From assembly GCF_009914755.1 (NCBI RefSeq), contig NC_060926.1: DNA of 64,000 bases; one strand, written 5' to 3'. This document shows, piece after piece, positions 1 to 15,156 of the stretch. A program made the position numbers and the translations under genes. Under the pieces are notes generated by a model. That model saw only the letters and a list, made by a program, of their open reading frames with translations. It did no database searches and was not told where the DNA came from. The stretch's first letter is position 1; each line of letters starts with the position of its first letter. Origin of the DNA: the human T2T-CHM13v2.0 reference genome, Homo sapiens.

Positions 1-636
1 TGTGATTTTGCAGTCTGGTTTTCTTTAATATTATTGCCACATTTGTTCTAATGTGATATCTTAAAACTTAAAAATTTTTAATTATGGATGTTTCATTTTG
101 TGCTCAAGTTAAAGAGCCTTTTGTTTCCCGTCACTCTCCTTTCCTCTTTATATTTTAAAATATATGTGGTATATTTTAGGTAGCTTGTGAAGATGTAAAA
201 ACCAAAGAGGAGAACAGCCTTTGATGCTGTTTCTAATATAATTTGAAACAATGTTGTTCAGATGTGTGTGCTGTTGAATTGTTTTTAACTGAATTAGTAT
301 GCCATAAGTCACTATTGGTTTTTGGCCAGCAATTTCAAATATATTGTATATTGATATGTTTATCTTATGCCTTTATTTAAACATTTATTTTTTAGAAGTA
401 TTTTTCTTTATAATAATTTGCTATTTTTTTTTTACAACTATAGTGAGATCAACAAATGCTCCTGGTTAATTAGATATGACAAAAACTTACTCTTATTTAT
501 ATATAACTTTAAAGACTATGGTAATCCAAATAGGAAAACTTTGTGATTTCAAAGTTGTAAAGAGAAAATTTATAAACAGCACTCAAGGGGCTAGAAACAA
601 ACCATATATATATATATTTTTTGCTTTTGGCCACAG

Positions 637-727
637 GTTGCAGGACCTTTTCCAACAGGAAAAGGGTAGAAAGAGACCTTCAGTTCCTCCAAGTCCTGGA
701 AGACTGAGACAAGGGGAAGAAAGCAAG
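637..727 (+). CDS. PIKFYVE: PIKFYVE internal coding exon (RLQDLFQQEKGRKRPSVPPSPGRLRQGEESK)
   Basis: ccacag|G acceptor, AAG|gtatga donor; peptide recognised as PIKFYVE; 91 nt, phase 2 to 0. Confidence 0.95.
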
Positions 728-1204
728 GTATGAAATGTAGTCTTGTCTTTGGTCCTTAATCAATAGAAATATAGTTAGTTTCATTTATAATACTTAGCAG
801 GGATAGTTTAATACGTACTTTAGTAATGATATCCAGTAGGGTTTTCCATTTTGAATTTGTGAGGTTTCAAGGAACTATGACCTGGATTACTTTTATGTTA
901 TAACCTGAAATAAAATGATCACTTATAATTTATTTATTTGAAATGTTTATAAAAGCTACAGTTTGCTGCATCACTGAGGGTAGCATCATGGTGACAGCAA
1001 GTGCTACAGAGGAAAGTCAGTGGATGCTCTGAGTATAATAGGGTGCTCATTTATTTTATACTCCGCAGTTTTGGTTGTTTTTAAAATCTCCGTGCTTAAA
1101 TAAGAGGTTTTTCTTAAGGTATTTGAACTGCGTAAGTTCTTTTTCAACTGTGTTAGTTTTCTCTTGCTCAGTGACAGATTATCCCAAACATAGTGGCCAA
1201 AACC

Positions 1205-1425
1205 ACAAATTTATAGATAGATATATCTATATAGATATTTATAGACAGATACATCTATATAGATATATATAGATATAATACTTAGGATTATCCCTTACAC
1301 CTAATAATCTTGTATAGATCTATATCTGTCTATAGATCTATCTAGATATATATCAATCTATCTAGATATATCTATCTGTCTATCGATCTATCTATCTAGA
1401 TAGATAGATATATCTATACCTAGAT
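1205..1425. repeat. (TAGA)n/(TCTA)n self-complementary simple repeat
   Basis: GATA-type tetramers in both orientations; perfect 24-bp palindrome at 1386-1409. Confidence 0.85.
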
Positions 1426-1431
1426 GCTTAA

Positions 1432-2239
<808 letters not shown>

Positions 2240-2306
2240 GATTAAAAAATTTTTTGAATGTGATTTTCATGTTTTCCATAAGAACAAAGTATTTACTTCT
2301 CTACAG

Positions 2307-2367
2307 ATAAGTGCGATGGATGCATCTCCACGGAATATTTCTCCAGGACTTCAGAATGGAGAAAAAG
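2307..2367 (+). CDS. PIKFYVE: PIKFYVE exon (ISAMDASPRNISPGLQNGEK)
   Basis: ctacag|ATA, AAAG|gttggt; 61 nt, phase 0 to 1. Confidence 0.95.
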
Positions 2368-3216
2368 GTTGGTTCTTGAGTCTGGTGATCACTTGCCGTA
2401 GGATTTAAAGAAATTTCTTATTGTATAAGTTGTTTTAAACTGTTTGAGCAGTTTTTCCGATGCTGTTGTTCATAGACTTCTTTTCCTTCCTGTAGAGCAC
2501 TTGTAATCCTATCAGATTAAGATTATCATATAGTGTATTGCAATAAGATAAATCAGGTTATAGAAATACATGAAATATAAAGAAGGCTGCTATTAGGGGA
2601 AGAAAAAACAGAAAAAAGTAAATTGAATTTTTTTTGCTTATTACAAAGTCAATCCCCAGGTTTCATTGCAAAAATCTTATAAAGTTTAATTTACATTTTT
2701 AATGTCACTAAAATATTGTCTAGACTTAAGATGTCTTTCACAGTATTTCATTGAATAACTTGGTGTCATCATAGAAACTTTGTGGGGAAATTTACATAGA
2801 CTGTAGAACCAGGAGCTCAACTTACAATTCTTGGCATTTTTCTATTATAATTGCTTTTTCTCTCCCAGAATAAGCATGCCGTCTTTCTCAGAGTGTCCTA
2901 ATTTCATTCTCTATTAAACTAAAAACTAATATTTAGGTAGGCATTGTGGTATAATGGATAGCGTGTTGGATAGGAGTCAGTCTTGGTTGACAGTTGCGGT
3001 ACTGCTACCAGGATTTGATTGTAGTCAAGTCATATATAATCTTTCTGGATTTTTGTGTCCATTTCTATGACATGAGCTATATGACCTAGATGATTTTTAA
3101 AAAGTAAAAATTCTACCTTTTAGGAAGTAGGCATATGAATGAGCATTTAAAAAATATTAGGTAGACATGGACTTAATGTATGTAAATGACTCATTTAAGA
3201 TTGTGTTTTTCTTTAG

Positions 3217-3354
3217 AGGATCGCTTCTTAACAACTTTGTCCAGCCAGAGCTCCACCAGTTCTACTCATCTCCAATTGCCTACGCCACCTGAAGTCATGT
3301 CTGAACAGTCAGTGGGAGGGCCCCCTGAGCTAGATACAGCCAGCAGTTCCGAAG
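3217..3354 (+). CDS. PIKFYVE: PIKFYVE exon (EDRFLTTLSSQSST...DTASSSE)
   Basis: ctttag|AG, GAAG|gtagag; 138 nt, phase 1-1. Confidence 0.95.
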
Positions 3355-3809
3355 GTAGAGGTTAAGTCACTTTTACCATATTTCATTGTATCTAAGACTG
3401 AAAGATATATCATTGATTTACATGAATTACAGCCATTTCTCTAAGGACAGATATTTGCTTCATAATAACAGATTCATGCCTTGCTTTCTGTTTAGGTGGT
3501 AACTACTTAAATTATAGTATAAACTTTGAAATTAACTTTAAAATTGCTATTTAACTCGGGTGTAATAGCCACAGTGCTTCAGAGATGTTTAAAAAAAACA
3601 AGTGTCCCTTGGAGTCCATGCTGTGTATGCTTCACTGTTGTTTCCTGTTTTATCCCATAGTGGTCTTTTCCCTTGATCAGAAATTTTAAACTGTTATTGG
3701 TATAGTATACATATGTCCATATTCCGAAAGGAAAAGAACCAAAGTCAGCAGTTTATACTTCTTATTCTCTGTGAATATTAATATATAAGTAGACTATTTT
3801 TCATTTTAG

Positions 3810-3930
3810 ATGTGTTTGATGGGCATTTGCTGGGATCCACAGACAGCCAAGTGAAGGAAAAGTCAACCATGAAAGCCATCTTTGCAAATTTGCTTCCAGG
3901 AAATAGCTATAATCCTATTCCATTTCCTTT
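3810..3930 (+). CDS. PIKFYVE: PIKFYVE exon (DVFDGHLLGSTDSQVKEKSTMKAIFANLLPGNSYNPIPFPF)
   Basis: ttttag|AT, CTTT|gtaagt; 121 nt. Confidence 0.95.
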
Positions 3931-4792
3931 GTAAGTATTATTAAAACCAGTGGCTCTTAGCAGGGGGGTTATTTTTCCTTAGTTGCTCGCTTCATATTTA
4001 AATATATTTATCTGATGCATGATTTTTCAATCCTAAATTTTATTTCATTTTAGTAAAAGAGATGTCTTTTGATACAATGTAATTTGTAGAATATATAATC
4101 ATTATGATATAGTAGATGAGTGGATAAAGCACTAGCCAGTGTTACTTATAAATGTTTGAATTACTTGTTCTGGAAACACTTGTTTGTTTATCTTTTTTCA
4201 AAGATATGTGGCTATATCCACTGATTTAATAATTATAAAAACATATTGCTGGTTATATATGAGGTTGGTAGTTGATTTGCTGGGACATGGCATTGTCCTA
4301 GCACTGATGATGAACTACAGTGACTTGTACAAGTTTTCATGTGATCTTTTTTTTATGGGGTGCACTCAAATTTGGAAAGAATATAGGCTGGCTGTGAAAG
4401 TTTATTTTTCTTCCACTGGTTGACCCATGTGGCTATCAAATGCTGCCCTTGTTATGGAACAAGTATATCCAAAAAGTGGACATTTTTGTTAATAAGGCCT
4501 TTTATTTTATTAACTGACTTACATATTTATTCAATCAGTATTTAAACTTTTATTTAGTGCCTGTTTAAGTGTCCTGTGATGTAGAATAAGATTTGTAAGG
4601 AACTGTCATCACTCTTAGGAGCTCATAATCTTTGGGAAGATACAGTTAGGGCTCACAGTACAGTATGTGATATGTTACATGACAGTAAAATATAAAAGGT
4701 CCCTTTTTTCTCTACTTTAGACCTGATTATATCAGTTTCTTGATTGGGCTTGGATCCCTCTTATGTTATGGTCTTTGTTCATGCTCTCACAT

Positions 4793-5095
<303 letters not shown>

Positions 5096-5281
5096 TAAAC
5101 TTTTTTTTTTAATATAGTTTTTTTCTTTTTGTTTGTTTCTCTTCTCTCTAAACCACTTTTTGTGAAACACAGTCTTTTTTAATCATTCAGTCCTGTTCTT
5201 TCTAAGAAGAATTTACTAGACCTTCCCCCTTACCTCCTGCTCCAGTCAGAGTAGGTTTCTATTATATGCTCTTATGATTCC

Positions 5282-5656
5282 TGTCTTGGTCCGTTCATGC
5301 TGCTCTGATGAATTACCATAGACTGAGTTGCTTGTAGACAGCAGAAATTTAATTCTTACAGTCCTGGAGGCTAGAAGTCTGAGATGAGGGTGCCAGCATG
5401 GTTGGGTTCTGGCAAGGGTCCTCTTTTGGGTTGTAGATTGCTGTTGTCTCTTTGTATTCTCATGTGGTGGAAGGAGGCTGAGAGAGCTGTGTCCAGTCTT
5501 TTTTATGAGGACACTAATCCCATTCAAGAGTACTCCACTCTCATGACCTAAATTACCCCCTAAAGGCCCTACCTCCTTATACCATAACATTGGGGGTTAG
5601 GATTTTAACATATGAATTTTGTGGGGGCTGGGAGGGTAAACATTCATTCTGTAGCA
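5282..5656 (-). mobile_element. MaLR LTR (MLT1A-like)
   Basis: acagtcctggaggctagaagtctgagatgagggtgccagca and ctcatgacctaaattacc MLT1 motifs. Confidence 0.75.
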
Positions 5657-6353
5657 ATTCCCTCATAGCACTTACCACAGAGATTATATTTATTTATTTA
5701 TTGGATTATCTGTTTCTTTACCCCCACTACACTATAAACCCTATGGTGCCAATTTTTTTTTTTCGCCATTGTATTGTTAACATCTTACACATGTAAGATC
5801 CTTAAAAATAGTTTTTCTTCATATTGTATCCTTGGCATGTTTGGTGTTCAGTAAGTAGCACCTAAATTAAAAATGACTGTGCCTAACAGTGCCTAGGTGA
5901 GTTAGGGTCGGAGTCAGGGGAGCAAAATTTAAGTTGAAATGGAGCTACACTGGGTTTTTTTGTGTGATAATAGTAAAGTGGTTGTGTTGCATTGTTTATT
6001 ATTGAACTAGTAGTATGTCTTCTCCACAATTTCTAGAAGACTTTTTCTCTCTAGCTTGTAATGGAACAAAATATTTTAGACTTCTGCTGTTCATTTTAAA
6101 TTCTTTTTGAGATTAGTGTGGCCAGAGTCTTGGCAGTATGGAAAGGTTTGTTTGGAGTGACTATTGCAGAACTCTCTGATTTGAAACCTAATTAATTCTG
6201 ATAATTTTCTAATTGCCTTCAAAAACTTTCTCTTGAAATCTTTTTCTTTCCTAATGATTCAGGTTATCATATCTGCATACATTTTGGCTTTCTTAATTAT
6301 ATTCTTAACTCTAGAGTACTTAGTTAACTTATGTATTTTAAAAATTTGCATAG

Positions 6354-6449
6354 TGATCCAGATAAACACTACTTAATGTATGAACATGAACGAGTGCCCA
6401 TTGCAGTCTGCGAGAAGGAACCCAGCTCCATCATTGCTTTTGCTCTCAG
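6354..6449 (+). CDS. PIKFYVE: PIKFYVE exon (DPDKHYLMYEHERVPIAVCEKEPSSIIAFALS)
   Basis: gcatag|T, CAG|gtatta; conserved Fab1/PIKfyve EPSSIIAFAL motif; 96 nt. Confidence 0.96.
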
Positions 6450-6537
6450 GTATTATTCATGGGACTTTGACTTATGATGATATCTATGTATTTTATGTAT
6501 GTCTATTAATCCCTTATTTTTGGAATCTTTCACATAA

Positions 6538-6928
<391 letters not shown>

Positions 6929-7185
6929 TGAACCCAAATAATGAAGTATAGGATGATTCCTAAGTAAGCTCCTAATAACTAAATTGACTTGGCAAGTTAT
7001 TTACTGAGCCTTGAATCCTCTATCCATTCTGTTAAAATATGTTTTCCCTTGTATCCCTTCTCTCAGTTTACTTGTTGACATAGTACTTGGAGCATCCTGC
7101 CTTGTACAATCTGAATATCTTTTTTGTACCATTCACTCATTTTCTACTACCCTACATACGAGGTAAAATTTTTCTACTTAGAAAA

Positions 7186-7509
7186 CAGCAGTCACCTCTT
7201 ACCCATTGAGGATATGTTCTAAGAACCCCTGTGGATGTCCGAACCTACAGATAGTACTGAACCCTATAAATGCTATGTTTTTTCCTGTACATACATACCT
7301 ATGATAAAGTTAAATTTATAAATTAGCCTAGCCACAGTAAGAGATGAACAACAACAATAAGATAGGACAGTTTTATAATAATATACTACAACAAAAGTTA
7401 TGTGAATGTGCTGTCTCTCTTTCTAAATATGTTAATGTTTTTGGACTGCAGTTGACTGTGGGTAATTGAAACCATGGAAAGTGAAACTATGGATGAGGAG
7501 GGACTACTG
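7186..7509 (-). mobile_element. TcMar-Tigger MITE (MER44-like)
   Basis: Terminal inverted repeats cagcagtcacctctta / tgaggagggactactg. Confidence 0.65.
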
Positions 7510-7636
7510 CAATGCTGTTCTTATGCCTTATTCCGTAGACATTTCTGACTTTTTAGTTTATACAGTTATCATATATCTTAAAGCTATATCCACTGTAAAA
7601 ATATATAGTATGTCTAAAAGGGCAAAGCTTTTAAAC

Positions 7637-7919
7637 TTTTTTTTTTTTTTTGAGACAGAGTCTTTCTCAGTTGCCCAGGCTGGAGTGCAGTGGTGTGATC
7701 TCGGCTCACTGCAAGCTCCGCCTCCGGGTTTCACGCCGTTCTCCTGCCTCAGCCTCCCAAGTAGCCCGCCACCATGCCCGGCTAATTTTTTTTGTATTTT
7801 AAGTAGAGACAGGATTTCACCATGTTGGCCGGGATGGTCTCCATCTCCTGACCTCGTGATCCACCCGCCTCGGCCTCCCAAAGTGCCGGGCTTACAGGCG
7901 TGAGCCACCGCACCCAGCC
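7637..7919 (-). mobile_element. Alu (AluY-like, small internal deletion)
   Basis: gcaagctccgcctcc diagnostic; missing tgggactacagg segment. Confidence 0.92.
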
Positions 7920-8911
7920 TTAAATCTTAAGAATATCTTGGTGGTAGCTGAACTTAGTTTAAATAGAATCTAAGATGTTTAAAGCAATTTTTTCCCACTG
8001 GAAGGCATTACAGTTTTTAATTTTTCTTGTTAGATGGTGGTTCCAGGGAGTCCATTTATTCAACAAATATTTGAATGTTTACAAAATGTGATATACTAGA
8101 TATTGGATGTACAGGAGTAAATAAGATAGATTTACATGCCTCTGCCTTTATGCAGTTTAGAGTTTACTGTGTAGATAATGAGGAATTTTTTTCCTTTATA
8201 AGATTCCATATGATAACATTTTTAACCTTTGCCTTTGGCCTTTGTGAACATAATATAAGCTTCTCACTTTATTTAATAGTCATAATATATTAATAGGTAA
8301 GAAAGGTAAGAGAGTCAACCAAATCAAAAGTATTTTTTGTACTATTAGGAAGTAAGGATTCTAGCTGAGTTCATCTTTTTTCAATGTCTTAGAAAAACAA
8401 TACATCCTAACATGCCTCTCTTGTTGCATGACATTTATCTAAAGCAGGGTTCCTAAACTGCTAACCTAAGAGTCAGGTTTTTTTTTTTTCTTTTTGGTTA
8501 ATAGAACATTAAACATTTTTTTCCCTTAAAGTTTAGTATGTTAAGTAGAAAAGCACTCTCAAGTTCTTTTTTTCTCTATTGTACTCAACACTGAGGCTTC
8601 AAACTTTTACCTGTTCAATCCCTGAAGTCATTTGATCTAAATATTAGTAAGTAGGCTTTTAAAATCTTTGTTGAGGGTATTGATACTGGTTGATGAGTCA
8701 GTGGGTCATATTTTGTATTACCTTCTATGAAGACATTGACCTTCCTCATGAAGCTTCTACTTGATTGCTTTTGTCAGTTAACCAAAATTATTTAATTATG
8801 GAAACGTATAATGATTGTGCTTCTATAATGCAAAACTTACTCTAAAGCTTATGATTTACTTTTAAAGAAGAAGTTAATGTTTAACGTTTTTCAACCTATT
8901 TCTACCCTAAG

Positions 8912-8995
8912 TTGTAAAGAATACCGAAATGCCTTAGAGGAATTGTCTAAAGCGACTCAGTGGAACAGTGCCGAAGAAGGGCTTCCAACAAATAG
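8912..8995 (+). CDS. PIKFYVE: PIKFYVE exon (CKEYRNALEELSKATQWNSAEEGLPTNS)
   Basis: ccctaag|T (AAG acceptor), ATAG|gtgatt; 84 nt, phase 2-2. Confidence 0.93.
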
Positions 8996-9850
8996 GTGAT
9001 TCATGATTGAGTAGAAACTATTTTAATTTAGTTATGTTATCATTTTCTATATGCTTGTACTTCAGTTTTATTATAGCATTTATCATCATAAAAATTTCTA
9101 GGATTCAGATAGTGGCACTCATATTTCAGCCAATAATTGAGACAACAAAGCTCAAATATAGCAAAAGAACTTAAACAGTCCCTCAGGATGCAGTTTTATG
9201 ATAATTGCAATAGCAGTTAAATGTATATTGCAGATTTAAGGACATTTTTGAAAAAAATGAAAAGGTGTTTTTATTTAAAAAATAATAACTTGTAAAATTG
9301 GTAAGCTCCTGCTTGACTTGGCAATTCAAAGTATCTGTGAATTGTTTATAATAAATAAAGGTCCTAATACTTCAAAAACCAAACCCAAACCAGTTATTTT
9401 GGCAAGTTCAGTATTTTAGACTTTTAGACAGAAATTGTCACATGCTCATTATTGTGATTCTTACTGAAATAGAGTTTCCATCTCTACTAACATTATAGTT
9501 TTATCTGAATTGTCATTGTGATAACTAGTGTGAGAGAAAGGAATTGATATTTTCTGTAGTTGTTTGATTTATGGGTGCTGATATAGTGTTAATGGACTTG
9601 GGAAACATAATGTATTCCTCCATACATTTTTATAGTTACAGCATTTCACTTTAAGTCCAGTAGATATTTCAGACTTTTTTTTCTGTGTTCTAGCCTGTGT
9701 TTATGTAAATTATGAATCAGACTTTTGATATTGTAGGTGGGCTTAGGTAGGAAGTAAATCAGTGTACAGCGTAATTAGTGTAGAGTACTTACTATTTTCT
9801 GTTTGACTTGTATAAAACTAAATTTTTCTTTTTTTTTCTTTTCATTTTAG

Positions 9851-9948
9851 TACTTCAGATAGCAGACCAAAGAGTAGCAGCCCTATCAGATTACCTGAAA
9901 TGAGTGGAGGACAGACAAATCGTACAACAGAAACAGAACCACAACCAA
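9851..9948 (+). CDS. PIKFYVE: PIKFYVE exon (TSDSRPKSSSPIRLPEMSGGQTNRTTETEPQP)
   Basis: long polypyrimidine tract, ttttag|T, CCAA|gtaaga; 98 nt. Confidence 0.95.
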
Positions 9949-11659
9949 GTAAGATTACACATGGAGGAATATTTATAATTAGATTTACCTATAATTATGG
10001 TTTGAAAAAGAAAATACATAAAAACAAATAAGTACTATCTGGCAATGATTTACTACTTATGATCTCTGAAATACAAATTTAGATATTTTTGTATGCCCTC
10101 TTTATACGTGTTTTGCTTTTCTTCGTTGATTCTTGTCTCAAGTGTAAGTTCAAGGTATTGAATTAGAAACTTTTAGAAGCTCTTTGGTCTATGCAAAAAG
10201 GAGAATCTGCTTCCTAGAAGAGCTTTCAGTTTAAAATATACAACCTAAGATGCAAGATACATTTTTTTCCTTTCTAGTTTTACAGTATTACTGGCACTAT
10301 GAAAATAAATTTTCATACATTCCCTCCTTTAATCCCCCTAGTAACCACATAAGAATTATTTGACATATCCTTATTTTTCAAGAAGGAACTTAAAATTTAG
10401 ATTTAGTAACTTGTTCAAGATTTGACAGTGCTGGAGCTGGGATTTGAATTTGTGTTTCTCTGACTTTGTCAGGAACACATTCAGCTACAAGTAACACAAA
10501 ATTCAACTGTAAGGATTTAAACAAATGACAGCTTATTTTTCTAAAATAACCAAACCTGGAGGTTGGCAGTTGCTGGCATTTGTTTAGCTGCTCAGCATTG
10601 TTATAACATTAGGGGAATAGTTTCTCTATGATTCCTTTACGTTTTCCTCATGGTTAAAAGTGTTTCATTTTTGTTTGCATTTGAGGTAGAAACAAGGGTG
10701 TTGCAAGCTGCCGCTGTTCTCTTTCATTAGGAAAGCAGAGGCTCCTCCTTTAGTCAGTCTCATTGGTCAGAACTGAGGCTCATGGCCACTCCTGACTGAA
10801 AGAGACAGAGAAAGTAGGGAGCAGCATTGTCCCGGTTGGGTTATACAAATCATGATCCTTTCCTGGTGCTGTACACATAGTTACACACCCCACCCCGCTC
10901 CCCTCTTCCCCTAAGTTGGCATTCTGTTGGTGGGGAACCAGGTAGGAGTGGATATTAAAGAGGCAATACTAGTGTCTGTTACCCAAGTAAGCACATTTAT
11001 GATTGACATTTTCTGTGAGTTTTGTAAATGGTAAATTTGCAAGAATTAGAATCATATTAATAGTATGATGAATGAAGCTCAAAACTAGGAGTAAAAGTAT
11101 AGAGCAAGCTTTAGTAAATTCTTGGCTGTTTGATGGCCTTTTTTATTTTTTGAAAGATGCTAAAAAGGAAATCTTATATTTTCCTGTGTTAAACTGTAGG
11201 AACACAAATGACACAAAGATGTTACCTTTAACTGAATTCTTGTAGCTTGTGAAATTGTTTTGTGTTCATTTAGTTAACTATATTGCAATACTGTAAGAAC
11301 TCAGCCCTAATATAATCTTGTTGCTTAAGCTGTGACTGCCTTTGAAAGATATTTTTGAAAGGCTTTCTAGATAATTCCCCATATTTTTATATTAATCTAG
11401 CTGAGTGTTAACCTTCTATCTTTTTTTATGTTTTTATTAATAAGGGTTTTTGTTAAAAAGGGTGCTTGATTACGCAAAAACAACATGTGAAACAATAAGT
11501 AACAACATGAAGGACAATGTGCAAACAAAAGTATTTGCATTACTCAGATTGATTAGCTTCATATAGTGGTTACAACTAACAAAGAAATGAGCTGAAAATT
11601 TTTATTTTTCATCTGTAGTGACCTGTACTTAAAATTAATATGTTACTTCTTATTTTTAG

Positions 11660-11824
11660 CCAAAAAGGCTTCTGGAATGTTGTCCTTCTTCAGAGGGACA
11701 GCAGGGAAAAGCCCCGATCTCTCTTCCCAGAAGAGAGAGACCTTACGTGGAGCAGATAGTGCTTACTACCAGGTTGGGCAGACAGGCAAGGAGGGGACCG
11801 AGAATCAAGGCGTTGAGCCTCAAG
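11660..11824 (+). CDS. PIKFYVE: PIKFYVE exon (TKKASGMLSFFRGTAGKSPD...NQGVEPQ)
   Basis: ttttag|CC, CAAG|gtgtgt; 165 nt; overlaps ORF 11677..11865. Confidence 0.95.
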
Positions 11825-12268
11825 GTGTGTTAAAGAAGAGTAAATGTGCTTATTCTATGCTTTGATTTATTTATTTTAGTTGCATATATTTCTTATAGCC
11901 TTAAATAGATAATTCTTAGTGCTGAAACTGGGGCATTCCCTCTGTTCTCACTTGTCAGTGTGGTAGAGTGGAAAAAGCATGGCACTGGGAGAGTCCAACT
12001 ACTTTCAGATTTCACTGCCATCGTGTACTGTGTGGTAGAATCAGAAATCTTTAGTTTCCATAACGTGTAAAGTGGCAAAAACAATGTCTTCCAAGGTTGA
12101 TGTGACATTCCACATGTAAAAACATTTGTCTTAATATGTAACTCATATTATATACTCAAATGTTTTCATTCCACTACTCCCTCAAATGTTTTCTTTCTTT
12201 TCAAGTCCCTGTAAAGTTGCAGCTATTTATGTCCCCTTTCATTTTGACATTTAAAAATTATGTCTAAT

Positions 12269-12398
12269 GCTGGGTGAGATGGCCCATGTCTATAATCCCA
12301 TCACTTTGGGAGGCTGAGACGGCAGGATCACTTGAAGCCAGCAGTTTGAGACCAGCCTGGGCAATAAAATGAGACCTCTGTCTCTACCAAAAAAAAAA

Positions 12399-12442
<44 letters not shown>
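12269..12442 (+). mobile_element. Alu left monomer/FLAM with A-tail followed by (GT)n at 12401-12442
   Basis: cactttgggaggctgag...accagcctgggcaa, A-run, GT dinucleotide run. Confidence 0.85.
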
Positions 12443-12444
<2 letters not shown>

Positions 12445-12477
12445 CTACCTCATTGTGTTTGGGTATGGGTTTAGATC

Positions 12478-12655
12478 AGGAATAGGCAGACTCTGATGAC
12501 CTGTTTTTGTAAATTAACGTTTATTGGGAAACAGACCCATTCATTTACTTATCATCTGGTTGCTTTCACTTTATATTGGCAAGTTGAGTAGTTGGAACTT
12601 TTTCAGAGTGAAATATTTGCTCTGTCTCTATATAGAAATAGTTTGGTGACCTCTG
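12478..12655. mobile_element. MER58-like hAT MITE
   Basis: cctgtttttgtaaat...ggcaagttgagtagttg...aaatatttgct MER58 motifs. Confidence 0.55.
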
Positions 12656-12697
12656 GGTTAGTCCGTGAATTAGTAGTTTTAAAAAATAGCAACTGCT

Positions 12698-12980
<283 letters not shown>

Positions 12981-13828
12981 CCAACTGCTGTAATAAATTT
13001 TGACTAGTAATTAAGATATCTGTTTAGTATTCTATAGGCTGCTTGCTATTGGGCTGTAGCTGTTTATAATGGGATCCTTGGAAGGCATAGATGCTTCAAA
13101 AATTATTTTGAAATGTGAAACTTAGGGGACTATTTGTTCTTCTAGATATTAAGATGTATTTTAAATCTCTAATAATTAAACAGAAAGTAGTAGGCTTGCA
13201 AAGCAAGTCAGTCACATATAAAAAAATAGCTCTGACATAGATTCTAGTATATTTTATGTATAAAAATATGTTTTAAGTATATTAATATATAATTGTATTA
13301 TATGTTAATTATGTATGTTATATAATTATATATGTTATAGGCTAATAAAGTTATATATTATGTAACTAGTATATAATTTTATGTTTTAAAATTATGTTTT
13401 ATAAAATAATATTTTATGCATATTTTATATAGCTTAGTACATGATAAAGCATTGCAAACTCTTGGGGAAACATTATTCTACACACATGGGGAAAATAGTC
13501 ATAATAAAGAAGCCATGGAAGTTCTTGGTATAAGAACTGAGTTACTGTATTGCCACTGTAGGAATCATTCAGTTGTAAGAAAAAGTATTCAACCTAAATT
13601 CTCTATTTTTCTAATTTAAAAACTGAAATTCCAAAAAACATACATTTTTATTGTAATCATTTAGACAGTTTAATTGTATATCTTATGCTTGCTTGATAGT
13701 GACTTGAGTAGGATATTTTTACTTTTAATTTGCTAAGTTTTTTTGTTACATCAAGGAAAAAGGAAAGGACAAAATGAACTGATAATTACTCAAAACCTTG
13801 GCTTTACTAATGATATTAAACCTTTTAG

Positions 13829-13888
13829 ATGAAGTAGATGGAGGAGATACGCAAAAGAAGCAACTCATAAATCCTCATGTGGAACTTC
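13829..13888 (+). CDS. PIKFYVE: PIKFYVE exon (DEVDGGDTQKKQLINPHVEL)
   Basis: ttttag|AT, CTTC|gtaagt; 60 nt. Confidence 0.94.
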
Positions 13889-14575
13889 GTAAGTATGAGA
13901 TATTATATCATTGGTTTGGGGAGAGGGACTACAGTTGAGCCATCTCTATTATTTGAGAATTCTAGCTTCATACTAAATAAATGTCCCAGTTCTTGAAATG
14001 AATATTAAGTCTTTATGCTGACATGAGGTATATTTAATCAACAGTTTATAAAATATAAATTTAATTTATAAAGAAATTTAATCAAAAGTATAATTTATTT
14101 GTAAATTATGCTCTTATTTCTAATAGTTAAACATTTACTTATTATGTAATCTAGAGCCACAGAATTTTGACAGTTGCATTTAGAATTGTGTATATGTGTG
14201 CCAGAAACGTATTATCCAGAATAATATGTACAGTACATTTTAAGATATTTATTAAGAATTACTATAAAAGTACAATGATGTTAATATGGTAGGTAACAAG
14301 TGTAAAATTAGAACTGAGTCTTTTTTTTATGTGATTTTTATTTTTTTCTCTTTTTTTGGAAAGTATGTAAGGATGGTCATACGATGTTCTTTAATTCCCC
14401 CTGAAGATCAGTTTAACAAAATTGTGATAAATAGGGATTTGGATCTAACATGCAAAATGCCATCATGAAGAAACTTAAGTGGTTGCATTTGGCCAGGGTA
14501 GGGAGTGAGGGAGCGGAGGAGGAAAGATGTTTTCTGAGTCATAAAGCTTTTTAAAAAAACTTCTGTTGTTTATAG

Positions 14576-14752
14576 AATTTTCAGATGCTAATGCCAAGTT
14601 TTACTGTCGGCTCTACTATGCGGGAGAGTTTCATAAGATGCGTGAAGTGATTCTGGACAGCAGTGAGGAAGATTTCATTCGTTCCCTCTCCCACTCATCA
14701 CCCTGGCAGGCCCGGGGAGGCAAATCAGGAGCTGCCTTCTATGCAACTGAGG
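14576..14752 (+). CDS. PIKFYVE: PIKFYVE exon, PIP-kinase N-lobe with GGKSGAAF loop
   Basis: ttatag|AA, GAGG|gtgagc; QFSDANAKFYCRLYYAGEF...ARGGKSGAAFYATE; 177 nt. Confidence 0.97.
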
Positions 14753-15156
14753 GTGAGCCTTTCTCATCGTTTATTGATTGGTTCAGTAGTCTTCATCTCT
14801 TTACCTCAGAAAATGCAGCAGGAAGGATATTGCTTAATAAGAACTTTCATAACTATGACTTACTAGTTTTAACAGAGGTGTTTATAAAGTTTTATTTAGT
14901 AGTTTTAAAAAGTAGATCTTCTAGAACTGAACTTAGATGTGTTATTGACAAAAGTAGAGGGTTTTTGACTATATAAATCCACAGGATCCCTTCAGTTAAT
15001 TGAGAATTGTGTTCTGATCAAAATTTTCACTGTGACATTAGAAAATTCCCCTTAAAATCATAAAACAACCTAATCATTTAGGATCTTTGGAATGATGTGT
15101 TATAGATTACAGTATATATTGTGATTGAGTAAACACATAAAATTTCTGCCTTTTAG

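Noticed and set aside
14753-14976. Intron-retaining extension of the ORF 14566..14976
   Set aside because: A canonical donor at 14753 and a phase-matched next exon explain the gene; the open intronic frame is likely chance.
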